Positions 22,365 to 32,394 of a stretch of DNA of 64,000 bases are shown here, one piece after another. The notes under the pieces were generated by a model that searched no databases, was not told where the DNA came from, and saw only the letters and a list, made by a program, of their open reading frames with translations. Both the position numbers and the translations under genes were made by a program. Source of the stretch: Candidatus Dojkabacteria bacterium (GTDB lineage Bacteria; Patescibacteriota; Dojkabacteria; J137); assembly GCA_030950485.1 (NCBI GenBank), contig JAUZRK010000021.1, positions 5,498 through 69,497 on the forward strand, given 5' to 3'. Position 1 is the stretch's first letter, and every line of letters begins with the position of its first letter.

Positions 22365-23111
22365 ATGAATCATACTAAAAATAACCTCTCATTCCTCCTT
22401 GGTAGCAATGAAACGGTTGAGGATGTTGTAACAAAAATGAATCTACTAAGTAGATTTTTTCAAAGCTATTCTGATCTTTCGGGCTTTATTCCTTTTCTAG
22501 AAACATATAAATATGTAACAGGAGAGGTATATTTATCTCGTGAAACATTTAATAGCTTTCCTCAAACTGAGAACCTAGATATATTTTTTGCGAATTTGTA
22601 CTTTAAACCAATCTATAGTTTTCTAACTGAGGGTAAAATGCCGTTACCTTGGAGAACTTACTTAGAATATTGTAACAATAATTTTCACAACCCATTTCTA
22701 CAAGTACTAATAGGTATATGCGTTCATATTAATTCCGATCTAGCATAATCTTTAGTTGAAACTGATTTTAATGAAGAAGATGATCTCTTCCATATAGACA
22801 TAATTTTAATGCATATTGTTCCTAAGTTAATGAGTTATCTAGCATTTAAAGAGCACGATATCTTAGCAATTCTAGGTCTAGCTGCTTTACCTATAACAGA
22901 GCATGAAACAAAGTCTATAATTCTAAGATGGAGACATGATGCTTGGCGAAATGCGAAAAAATTAAGATCTGGAGAAATTAATTTAAATGACTTAAGAATA
23001 GAAACTGATAGATTAGTACAAAGAATAATTTGGGAGTGGAAAGAGTATTTAAACCCAATACATGCTTTTAAATTATTACGAGATCTAGAGAGCTTGAGTG
23101 TCGATATTTAA
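22365..23111 (+). pseudogene. Hypothetical protein with an in-frame TAA at 22746..22748; 22365..22748 and 22809..23111 share one frame
   Basis: The two ORFs are in the same frame, and the frame is open across the TAA (INSDLA*SLVETDFNEEDDLFHIDIILMHIV...). Confidence 0.45.
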
Positions 23112-23366
23112 AATATCTTCTTGGAGAAACAGCAGAGAATTCAGTAGAAGAAAAAAAAGAAAGTTCCCGTTAGCGAGAGCTTGTATTATACGTTAAGCAT
23201 CAATCCACTAACTTGACGTCAGCGTTGATGTCGTTTGAAATATTTGTTTTAAATTATTAAAATTCATAGTTAATTAGACCGTATTCTTTCTATTTCTTAT
23301 CCATTCAAATAAAAACTGTCCAGCCCAAGAAGTATACTCACCAGAATAATCACTTAACCAACTACT

Positions 23367-24109
23367 CATTTCTTCATACTTTTAGGTAAATTATATAATT
23401 CAGTTGCTATTTTAATTCCCCAAGTATCAATTGGAGCAATTCGATCAGTAACTCAAGAAAAAGTTAAAATACAATCTGCAGCCTTATTTCCAATTCCTTT
23501 GATTTTTAATAATTCTTCTTTCACCTCATCTTCGGAAAGATATTTATATCTTTCTAATAAGTTACTTTTTGTTAAGTATTCAATAGCAGAAATAATATAT
23601 TTATCTCTATATCCAACTCCAAGAGGCTTAAGATCCTCGCTTGTAGCTAAACTTAGTTCCTCCAAGTTTGGAAATAGACTAAAACTACGATTATCAATTA
23701 CGAGCTTTTTCCCAAATAGACTCTTTAATAGGTTAATAGTCTTTCTAATTGAAGTTATATTTTTATTTTGAGAAATAATGAATGAAATAATAGTTTCAAA
23801 AAGATCTTGTTTTAAGAGTCTAAGTCCTGGATATTTTACTATGGAGTCATTAATATAATCACCTTTATTAATTGATTTAATCATTGATTCATAGTCAAAT
23901 GATAGTCTGAAGTATTCTTCAATGATTCTTATATCATTTAAAACAGGGTAACTTTGCCAGTGAAGAGTATTTTCTTCCAAACTAATCTTCAAGATAGAAT
24001 TTTGATGAGAACCATAGTAAAAGTTGCCTATTAATTCCCAATTAAAACTTTGTCCACCTACTAAAGTAGTATCCAAATTTATAGCTTCCTTTAACTTAAG
24101 TGTATTCAT
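23367..24109 (-). pseudogene. ogg: 8-oxoguanine DNA glycosylase/lyase (OGG, HhH-GPD) with an in-frame TGA at 23453..23455
   Basis: OGG N-terminal motif GGQSFNW. HhH-GPD region with the catalytic Lys (IKGIGNKAADCILTFS), then TGA, then VTDRIAPIDTWGIKIA (the expected Asp-containing segment) in the same frame. Confidence 0.65.
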
Positions 24110-24139
24110 TGTTAGAATTATATAACTAAAAACATAATT

Positions 24140-24427
24140 ATGAAGTTAAATAAATCAGAAATTGATAGTAAATTACAAAATCTTAGTTCATGGATCTATG
24201 ATAAAGAATCTGAAGAATTAGTATTTGATCTAACTTTAGAAAATTTCAAACAATGTGTAGAGCTTTTAAATAAAGTATTAGAAGTTGCAGAAAAACTTAA
24301 CCATCACCCAGATGTGAGGATTTATAATTACAAGAAAATTGAGATTAGAATAACTACTCATGATCAAAATGGTATAACTGAAATAGATTTTGAGTTTGCT
24401 TCTTTAGTTAATAAATTACTAAATTAA
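24140..24427 (+). CDS. phhB: Pterin-4a-carbinolamine dehydratase (PCD/DCoH)
   Basis: PCD signature EKLNHHPDVRIYNYKKIEIRITTHD. Confidence 0.8.
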   Translation: MKLNKSEIDSKLQNLSSWIYDKESEELVFDLTLENFKQCVELLNKVLEVAEKLNHHPDVRIYNYKKIEIRITTHDQNGITEIDFEFASLVNKLLN

Positions 24428-24428
24428 A

Positions 24429-24920
24429 ATGACTAGATCTTGGATAACTTCAACGGCAATTTTATCATTACATGAACAACTTCCAGTAAGGCAAGTATAC
24501 CTTTGGTGTATTTCAAAAGACGATTATATTGTGGTTGCGGGAAGAAATGATAAATGGCAATTCCCTGGAGGTAAACCAGATTCTGGTGAGAGTAAAGAGC
24601 AGGCATTAGAAAGAGAAGTTTTTGAAGAATCTGGAATTAAACTTAATGAATATAGTAACAGACCTACTATATTTGGATATTATTTGATAGAGGATGATCC
24701 TAATTGGCCGAATGATAAGGCTTATTCGCAATTAAGATTTATCTTAAGAATAGATAAGGACCACAAAGAAATATCACTAAGTAATAACGAAAAAGTAGAT
24801 GAGGCAACTCCTTTGGAAGATGTTAGGTGGGTTAAACTTGATGAATTATCAATGTTTAATCATTCTAGAATGAGCCATTCAGAATTTGAATCAGTGCTTA
24901 CTTCAGGAATTTTTGAATAG
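24429..24920 (+). CDS. NUDIX hydrolase
   Basis: Nudix box GGKPDSGESKEQALEREVFEESGI. Confidence 0.7.
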   Translation: MTRSWITSTAILSLHEQLPVRQVYLWCISKDDYIVVAGRNDKWQFPGGKPDSGESKEQALEREVFEESGIKLNEYSNRPTIFGYYLIEDDPNWPNDKAYSQLRFILRIDKDHKEISLSNNEKVDEATPLEDVRWVKLDELSMFNHSRMSHSEFESVLTSGIFE

Positions 24921-24992
24921 AGCTGATAGATGTTGGTGACCAGTGGTTATTGGTGTGTAATATGATAAAATTAATGAAAGTATCTACAAAAA

Positions 24993-25673
24993 ATGCGAAT
25001 ATTACTGATAGAAGACGATAAAGTTATAGCTTCATTTATAAAACATGCAATATCTCAATACGGACACGTAATTGATCATAAAAATGATGGTAAGGAAGGG
25101 TTCCAATTAGCCCAGATAAATAAAAGCAATTATGATTTGATTATCTTAGATGTGTTGCTACCTTCAATGGATGGTTTAAAAATTTGTAGATTGCTGAGAG
25201 AAGAAGGTGACACCACTCCAATCTTAATGCTATCGGGTAGAGACTCAACTGAAAATAAGGTTGAAGGTTTAGACTCAGGTGCTGATGATTACCTTACAAA
25301 GCCTTTTGAAATGGATGAACTATACGCAAGAATTAAGGCTTTACATAGAAGGGCTACTGGAGAAAAAAATGAGATGATAGAGGTACAAAATATTGTATTA
25401 GATCCCAATGCGTATGAGGTTAAGGTAGATGGTAATCCCGTTGAATTAACTAATCTAGAATTTAGACTCCTAATGCTTTTAATGCACAATAAAGATAAAG
25501 TAGTTACTAGATCAGATATCATTGAAAAAGTTTGGGATATGTATGGAGGAGAACTTTTCTCTAACTCTACTAATGTTCATATGAAAAACTTAAGAAAGAA
25601 AATTGAAAGTGGTTCTGTAGAAAATTTAATTAAAACAATTCGAGGTGTAGGTTATAAATTTATTGGAGGTTAA
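24993..25673 (+). CDS. OmpR/PhoB-family response regulator (REC plus winged-helix)
   Basis: A receiver domain (LLIEDD, DLIILDVLLP, TKPF) and a C-terminal trans_reg_C domain (LTNLEFRLLMLLMHNKDKVVTRSDIIEKVWD...IRGVGYKF). Confidence 0.85.
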   Translation: MRILLIEDDKVIASFIKHAISQYGHVIDHKNDGKEGFQLAQINKSNYDLIILDVLLPSMDGLKICRLLREEGDTTPILMLSGRDSTENKVEGLDSGADDYLTKPFEMDELYARIKALHRRATGEKNEMIEVQNIVLDPNAYEVKVDGNPVELTNLEFRLLMLLMHNKDKVVTRSDIIEKVWDMYGGELFSNSTNVHMKNLRKKIESGSVENLIKTIRGVGYKFIGG

Positions 25674-26078
25674 TCTTAGATCTTAATTACACCACTATCA
25701 TTAAAAGTAGTTACTTAACACTAACTGAACTAGAGTCTATATTTGGAGATGACTTAGAAGCTATTAACTCAGTTCTTAAAGAGTTTATAGATCAGGTTGA
25801 TCAATCTCTGGAAGAAATCTCGCAAAGTCTAGTCATTCTAGATATTGGTAATATTAGAAAAGAATTTCAGAAAATAACCTCATCAACCTCATATATTTCA
25901 CAGCACTTAACTGACATGCTAATCTCATTTAGAGCTTCGTGTATTTCATATCAAAATAGAGGATTAGAGAAGCAAGTATTAGAATTTGAATTTGAAAAAC
26001 TGAATGATAAATATCTTGAAGTAAAAAAAGAGATCAATTTTATTTTATTAAAATGATCTCTTTTTTATAATTTGAATT

Positions 26079-26492
26079 TTAGCTAGCACTTAGTATCGTA
26101 TATGTTTTGCTAAGTCCATTTGGAGTAGTTACATCAACATTTTCTCCTTTAATGGCTTTACTAAGAGCTCTCCCCAAAGGGGATAGCCTCGATACATGTC
26201 CAGATTTTGGATCTACTAATTCTTCGTTAACTATTTTAACTTCTCTTACTCTTTCCCCGTTTGAAATAGTAACTGTTCTTAATATACTAGAGTCATTACT
26301 TACTCTTTCTTTTAATTGAACAATGCTGTTATCTAAGGCTTCGATTTCATTTCGGAGTCTGTTTTGAACTAATTGGGCTTCTTCTCCTGATTCGTTGTTG
26401 ACCATTCTTAATCTGACCTCAATCTTTTCCTTCATTGTAATTAATCTCTCTAATCTTGTCTCGAATATATTCTTAGATACATTATTGTCCAT
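26079..26492 (-). CDS. greA: Transcription elongation factor GreA family
   Basis: N-terminal coiled coil and a C-terminal FKBP-like domain (VSRLSPLGRALSKAIKGENVDVTTPNGLSKTYTI). Confidence 0.7.
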   Translation of the reverse strand: MDNNVSKNIFETRLERLITMKEKIEVRLRMVNNESGEEAQLVQNRLRNEIEALDNSIVQLKERVSNDSSILRTVTISNGERVREVKIVNEELVDPKSGHVSRLSPLGRALSKAIKGENVDVTTPNGLSKTYTILSAS

Positions 26493-26841
26493 ATAAAATA
26501 AATAAATAATAAATTAATATGTCTTAATGTTACTCCATGGCGCATGAAGTTTAAGTGAAGAGAGTATTAATTTTGACTGTCTTGAGAAATGACCGAATAT
26601 TATTTGGATATATCGCCATATGTATAATAATTTTGAGGTGGCGTACTTATAATTTGTCAGGTAATTTTGTCGAATTTTACTTGGCTAGTACATAAAAAGC
26701 ATTAGTTATAGAAGGTAACAACATAATCTTCTAGCTTATTCTAACCGTCTATCTTATCAATCGATTTTAATTTGAGACAGAGTAGAAAGAGTTTTGAATT
26801 TAAGAGCTATTATTAATAGCTTAATTTAAAATTATATTTAT

Positions 26842-27615
26842 ATGTTTAAATCTTTCACTGAAAGCGAGAATAGATTTAGAAACCTGAGGATTTTTAATCT
26901 GGTTATGGGTTTCTTTCATCTTGCACAAGCTGTAATTATGCTTATGATTAGTAACGATTATACGCAGACTCTAACTACTAGTTTTATAAAAGGAGTTCAG
27001 ACTGGAGAGAGAGAATTTGTTTTCAGTACAAAGCCTGAAAATTTTATTGATATAAATTTGGGAGCTGCAGTCGCAGTATTCTTGTTTTTATCAGCAGCAG
27101 CACATTTTCTTCTAGCTTCTCCAATGTTTTATAACTGGTATGTTAATAACTTAAAGAAAGGAGTTAATTACGGAAGATGGATTGAATATTCACTAAGTTC
27201 TTCATGGATGATTATAATTATTGCAATTCTAACTGGAATGTTAGATGCGCCAAGTCTATTATTGATGGCTTCTTTAAATGCGATGATGATTCTTTTTGGG
27301 TATGTGATGGAGCTTCACAATCAGACTACTGAGAAGACTGATTGGACTTCGTTTGTATTTGGTTGTATTGCTGGAGCTATACCTTGGGTAATAATCGCAT
27401 GGTATTTTATCTCTGCAGTTACTAACTTTGAAGGAGAAAATCCAATTCCAAAATTTGTTTATGGAATATTAATATCATTATTTGTCTTCTTCAATATTTT
27501 TGCAATCAACATGTACTTGCAATACAAAAAAGTTGGTCCATGGAAAAACTATCTTTTTGGAGAGACTGTTTTTATTATTAAGAGCCATAAATATGTAAAA
27601 GGTCATTTATGCTAG
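26842..27615 (+). CDS. Heliorhodopsin homolog, C-terminally truncated (TM7 and the Schiff-base lysine region missing)
   Basis: Strong similarity to the heliorhodopsin family along TM1 to TM6 (GFFHLAQAV, RWIEYSLSSSWMIIIIA, FGCIAGAIPW, YGILISLFVFFNIFAINMYLQYKK, WKNYLFGE). The ORF ends about 12 aa after GETVFI with non-helical sequence, and the next gene starts 9 nt later. Confidence 0.75.
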   Translation: MFKSFTESENRFRNLRIFNLVMGFFHLAQAVIMLMISNDYTQTLTTSFIKGVQTGEREFVFSTKPENFIDINLGAAVAVFLFLSAAAHFLLASPMFYNWYVNNLKKGVNYGRWIEYSLSSSWMIIIIAILTGMLDAPSLLLMASLNAMMILFGYVMELHNQTTEKTDWTSFVFGCIAGAIPWVIIAWYFISAVTNFEGENPIPKFVYGILISLFVFFNIFAINMYLQYKKVGPWKNYLFGETVFIIKSHKYVKGHLC

Positions 27616-27624
27616 AATTTAGAT

Positions 27625-28146
27625 ATGAAAGTATTAGTAATCTATTCAATAAACGGAGTTGAGGAAAATAAGGAGAATTTTTCTTTCCTTAAAAAATACG
27701 TAAGTGATTACGATGGAGTAGAGCTCGTTGCGCATAAAAACAAAGAAATACTTTCTGGTAAAGCTCATTTCAAAGGTACAAAGAAGGTGATTCAGCAAGC
27801 GGATGCAATAATTATTGATAATTCCCATTCAAGTTTTAGATTAGGATACGAGGCTTCGATTGCTTTAAATATGCATAAGCCGGTTTTAATTCTGTCTAAA
27901 GAAAAAGATTATTCTGAATTCATCCAGCACCCGAGTTTATTTGGAGCGAAATATAATGATACAAAAGGAATAAAAGATAATGTCGATAAATTTTTAAATA
28001 ATGTACATAAGAAAATGCTTTCGATTAGGTTTAATATGTATATTTCAAAAGAGCAGGAAGAAGCAATTGCCAAAAAGGCCTCAACTGAAGGTCTTACAAA
28101 ATCTGAAATTATAAGAATATTGATTGATGAGCATTTAGTTGAGTAA
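27625..28146 (+). CDS. Nucleoside 2-deoxyribosyltransferase-like (Rcl/DNPH1-like) Rossmann domain fused to a C-terminal ribbon-helix-helix domain
   Basis: NDT-like motif ADAIIIDNSHSSFRLGYEASIALNMHKPVLIL. C-terminal RHH-like SIRFNMYISKEQEEAIAKKASTEGLTKSEIIRILIDEHL. Confidence 0.45.
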   Translation: MKVLVIYSINGVEENKENFSFLKKYVSDYDGVELVAHKNKEILSGKAHFKGTKKVIQQADAIIIDNSHSSFRLGYEASIALNMHKPVLILSKEKDYSEFIQHPSLFGAKYNDTKGIKDNVDKFLNNVHKKMLSIRFNMYISKEQEEAIAKKASTEGLTKSEIIRILIDEHLVE

Positions 28147-28215
28147 CAACTCTTTGGTGTCTCACCCATCGCCCTTCGGGCACTTACCTCAAGGGAAAAT
28201 TATAAGGGTGTTAGC

Positions 28216-28854
28216 TTAAACACTCTTGAATGCCTTAACTGTGTCTTTAACTCTTTCTAAATCTTTCCAGTGGATGTGGAGAGAGTCAATAAAGTGAATA
28301 TACTTTCCAGGTTTAACACCTACCTTTTTTGCTACATAGTATTGTAATGACACGAATTCAGAAATATTCATAAATATTTTTTTATACGCATCTGAAGAGT
28401 GAGCATGAGTATGCCATTCTAGCGTATCATCTTTGATTCTTGCCCAAAGTATTTGGGTACATGGGCTAATTTTAGAATCTTGATCTATATTCTTATCCCA
28501 AATTGAAATTTGTGATTCACCAGTAGGTAGCTTTTCTTTTAACTTTTTGATCATGAATTCGATTTGACTATTTGGCTGGTCAAAAATTCGATGATGGTAA
28601 ATTTTTGTCCACTCGTGAACTACTAGCTCTTCATTTTCTCCTGAGTAAATGTAATTGTTAATTATCTCTAAATCTTTTTTACCCATTGGAAATAGATTGT
28701 CGTATTCTATATGACTTGAATTCTCGAGTGTAATAAGTGCTGGCGAGTCTCTAAAGTATTTTTTGTTATCTGCATTTTGATTAGAATCGAGTAGAGTAGC
28801 TAATGTTTTTCTCCAAACTTTCGAAATTGAATTATCTTCGTTAATAGTTATCAT
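28216..28854 (-). CDS. Thymidylate synthase-fold protein (divergent ThyA/dNMP hydroxymethylase family)
   Basis: ISPCTQILWARIKDDTLEWHTHAHSSDAYKK...FIDSLHIHWKD aligns with ThyA APCHAFFQFYV...CQLYQRSCD...GGDTHLYSNH. The catalytic Cys context is conserved. Confidence 0.5.
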   Translation of the reverse strand: MITINEDNSISKVWRKTLATLLDSNQNADNKKYFRDSPALITLENSSHIEYDNLFPMGKKDLEIINNYIYSGENEELVVHEWTKIYHHRIFDQPNSQIEFMIKKLKEKLPTGESQISIWDKNIDQDSKISPCTQILWARIKDDTLEWHTHAHSSDAYKKIFMNISEFVSLQYYVAKKVGVKPGKYIHFIDSLHIHWKDLERVKDTVKAFKSV

Positions 28855-28927
28855 AGCGAGATGATACTAGCTTGATTTTCTTTACTCAAGGGGAATATTG
28901 CGTGTGTAAGTATGTATATGGATCTAT

Positions 28928-30294
28928 CTAAAACCAGTAGTCTCTCTTATTCTGAACATTATGCGTAGCAATCACTTTTTTTCTAACGCACTGCATTATT
29001 CTCGACTCAGTATTGCCCGAGCCTGAAGCTTTCCAACCGGTCCAATGATCCCATCCTGGGAATTCATTTAATGGATCATTTATAAACACCATTCCAGTTT
29101 CGACTTTAGAAGCTATATCTTTAGCAAGCTCTATATTTTTTGTATAAATCGAAGTTGATAACCCATATTTTGTATCATTATTTAATGCAATTGCTTCTTC
29201 AATAGTTTTAAATTTTATAACAGGGATTACATTTCCAAATGTTTCGGTTTGAACTAAATCAAAACTAGTATTAGGTAGCGCAACAATACTAGGGGTTAGG
29301 AAGAATCCTGTTTTGTTTTCATTCCACCGTGAATTAATCGTGCTCCTTTTAGCTCTGAATCAATGATTTTATTTCGGACAATTCCTCGGCTTATTTTATT
29401 TATATATGGACCGTATTGTATATTTGTCTTTAATTGAGACACTTTATTTACTAGTGTTTCTATAAATTCATCATAAATTTTCTCATAAATAAAGACTCTT
29501 TTAGTACCAACGCAGTCTTGTCCTGAATGATAAGTGGCTCCCCAAGTGATTACGCTAGCAGTAAATTCAATATTTGAATCATTTAAAACAATTGCAGCAC
29601 TATTTCCACCCATCTCAGCTTCAATTGGTGTACTTCCAGAATTTCTTTTTATATCTAACCCAGCCTCAACAGATCCGACAAAGAATATCTTATCTATTTC
29701 AGATTTAACCAGTTCTTTACTAATAGATTCATCGCCTAAAACTATCTGTATTAAATCTTTATCGAAACCTGCTTTTACAAATACTTCTTTTAGTTCAATC
29801 GCAAGAGCAGGGGAGTATTCAGAAGGTTTAAGTATTACTGAATTTCCTGAAATTAAATTTACAACAATTAGAGCCATTGGTACGAACCATGGGAAATTCC
29901 AGGCTGTAATTAATGCATTTACTCCATACGGCTCATATTTAAATTTAGCTTCAGTATTCTCGTCTATCTCAAATCCTTCATCTAAGCTTTCTAATTTTTT
30001 AACTTGTTTAATATAGTAATCAATATCGCTAATACTTGTTTCTACTTCAACTTCAAAGTCCATAGGTATTTTTCCTGTTTCTTTCTGAGCTATCTTAATC
30101 AATTTTTCTTTAACTTTCTCTATCTCACTCTGTAAATTCTTGAATAATATTATCTTGTCTTCTAATTTAGTAACCTTCCATTTAGTTTGTGCGTTCTTAG
30201 GTTCCAGTATTTGCTGGGCTAATTCTTGAGTCGAAGTTGCTTCGTATTCTTTATAAAGTTCTTCTGTAACTGGGTTTATTGTTTTGAATTTCAT
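28928..30294 (-). pseudogene. Aldehyde dehydrogenase family, frameshifted near 29296..29340 (A-homopolymer context)
   Basis: The N-terminal ORF has the catalytic-Cys motif GQDCVGTKRVF and ends just after the GG motif (ARLIHGG). The C-terminal ~118 aa (GFFLTPSIV...ETFGNVIPVIKF...YGLSTSIYT...GMVFINDP) lie in another frame at 28928..29300. Confidence 0.75.
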
Positions 30295-30335
30295 AACTAA
30301 ATTATAATCTTAAAAGTAATGCTACTGCAAAATTA

Positions 30336-30845
30336 TTATGCTTCACTTTGGATGTTACTCCAGAACATATCTGATGCTCTTTGATCATTCAATTCTATCT
30401 CAACTATCCCAGCATTATCTTCTTCATTATCCACAAACCTTGGAGTAGTTAGTTCTACGAATTTTAAACTATCTCCTGGGTTTACAGTCCACTTAAATGA
30501 CCAGTCTTTTCCATACATTGCAAATTGGTTTTTAGATTCTGGAAAAGACGAATCATATGTACCTTTTAAAATAGTTCCATCAGGTGCCTCTGCAACGAAA
30601 GTTGCTTTACCTTCTACCATTATGTCGCAGAAGACTATATCCTTTGTAAAATGCTGAACTGGAGAACCATCAGCTTTTAGTGTGATAATTGCTAGATCTA
30701 GCGTACTATCTCCTTGTATTGTATACATTTCTAGATAGATATGATCTTTTCCTTCGTATGGAAAGCCGCTCCAGCCTTGTATTAGCTCTTGAGGCTCACC
30801 ACCAGAGTAAAGATATGTTTTTTCATTTTCCTCGTATACGCGCAT
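30336..30845 (-). CDS. Hypothetical protein
   Basis: ORF only. Confidence 0.35.
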   Translation of the reverse strand: MRVYEENEKTYLYSGGEPQELIQGWSGFPYEGKDHIYLEMYTIQGDSTLDLAIITLKADGSPVQHFTKDIVFCDIMVEGKATFVAEAPDGTILKGTYDSSFPESKNQFAMYGKDWSFKWTVNPGDSLKFVELTTPRFVDNEEDNAGIVEIELNDQRASDMFWSNIQSEA

Positions 30846-30957
30846 TTGCTCATCCGTGCTTGAAGCTGGGAGAGTTGTACTAATTATTTCTACTATAAGT
30901 TCTCTACATAATCACATTAATGTTACGACTTTATATTAAAAATCTGGTATACTAAAC

Positions 30958-31776
30958 TTGATGTCCGGAGAAGCAGACAACCTAAAAACGCAGCTATCAC
31001 AATTCGACCTGTCAGAAGGAGAGGTTAAGGTATATTTACACCTTCAAACAAGTGGTAAATCTACGCCTTTAGAAATGAGCAAGAAACTAAAACTTTCTAG
31101 AACTAAGGTATATAGAGTTATTGAGAAGCTTTTAAATAAAGGATTGATTATTGAAAAGATAGAAGGACATGGAAAAAAATATATAGCACAAAGGCCTTCC
31201 AGGTTTTTGGAGATCCTTAGTGAAAAAGAAAGGGAACTCTCATTGCTTCAAATGTCAGCACCCTCAATTGTTAATCAGCTAAACTCCTTAGCGCCTCAGA
31301 TTGACTCTAAAACTCAGATATTACACTATAGAGGCGTTGAAGGATTAAAACAGGTTGTATGGAATACTACGAAGGTCGACGGGACTTTTAGAATTTATGA
31401 GGTTGGAAATTCAATGGATGTGTTTTTATCTCAAGAATTTGCAGAAAGAGTTAGATTAGAGTTATCGAAAAATCAGAAAAATAAATTCAGACAACTTACA
31501 AATCTTAAAGAGATTAGAAACTTTACTAACGTTACCGAACATGTAAAACAATGGGAGGGGAGACATATTCCTCAAAATAAGTTGGAGATCAAAGTAGAAA
31601 TTCAAATCTATAATGACTGTTACGCTATGTATGAATATACTAAGGATGAAGTCTTTATAGTAGAAATTTATAATAAAGAATTGGCAGATATGCAAAAACA
31701 AGTCTATGATTTAATCTGGGAAAGTGCAATGCCAATGAAAGTTATAGAAGCTGGCGGTAGAGCTATTTTAGAATAG
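30958..31776 (+). CDS. TrmB-family transcriptional regulator
   Basis: N-terminal TrmB-type wHTH (FDLSEGEVKVYLHLQTSGKSTPLEMSKKLKLSRTKVYRVIEKLLNKGLI). Confidence 0.6.
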   Translation: MMSGEADNLKTQLSQFDLSEGEVKVYLHLQTSGKSTPLEMSKKLKLSRTKVYRVIEKLLNKGLIIEKIEGHGKKYIAQRPSRFLEILSEKERELSLLQMSAPSIVNQLNSLAPQIDSKTQILHYRGVEGLKQVVWNTTKVDGTFRIYEVGNSMDVFLSQEFAERVRLELSKNQKNKFRQLTNLKEIRNFTNVTEHVKQWEGRHIPQNKLEIKVEIQIYNDCYAMYEYTKDEVFIVEIYNKELADMQKQVYDLIWESAMPMKVIEAGGRAILE

Positions 31777-31777
31777 T

Positions 31778-32365
31778 TTAATAATAATCATAATCTTCAT
31801 CATCATGCATCTTCTTGTATTTTCTATGATCATAAATTAAGAAAAGCAGTATAGTTCCGCAAATTATTGAAAGAGATATTCCTATTACTAAAAGTTTTTC
31901 AGCTCTAGTTTCAATACCAATTTTATCCAAAAATGATTCATCTGTTGGAGAAACTATTTGATCGCTAGAAGCAACTGTAAAGGTTTCTCCAGCAACTCGT
32001 CCTGATTCATTCTGTACATTATTTACATCAATCCCAGCAGCAACATCAGTCCTAGTATCTAAAGCACTTAAAGCGCTAACTACATCACTAGCGGATGTGT
32101 TTTCATTTATCTCAATATTTGAAGCAGCTGTATTTAAATCAAAGTTTGAATTAGAAGTTTCTGGGTTATTAAGTACTACTACCTCTCCAGTAAATTCTGT
32201 TTCTTCTAAATTTTCTAGATTAGCACTGTTATCTTCATATTGTAGATATGAAATATATAAAACTGGCAAAATTAAAAATAAGCCAAGTGTTATAAACACA
32301 CCTAAAATTGATGAAGGGCTTTTATCTACCTGTAATCGTTGTCGTTCTTCCGTATCTGTATACAT
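31778..32365 (-). CDS. Hypothetical membrane-anchored acidic protein
   Basis: Two predicted TM segments flank a Ser/Asn/Asp-rich region. Confidence 0.35.
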   Translation of the reverse strand: MYTDTEERQRLQVDKSPSSILGVFITLGLFLILPVLYISYLQYEDNSANLENLEETEFTGEVVVLNNPETSNSNFDLNTAASNIEINENTSASDVVSALSALDTRTDVAAGIDVNNVQNESGRVAGETFTVASSDQIVSPTDESFLDKIGIETRAEKLLVIGISLSIICGTILLFLIYDHRKYKKMHDDEDYDYY

Positions 32366-32394
32366 TCTTATTGCCTAATTATTGACTTCCTATT

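Noticed and set aside
23453-23455. In-frame TGA in the OGG gene as evidence for genetic code 25 (UGA = Gly, as in SR1/Gracilibacteria)
   Set aside because: TGA terminates the ABC NBD at 19554 at its natural C-terminus. Long conserved genes (ileS at 989 aa, rpoD, rny) also show no ORF breaks.
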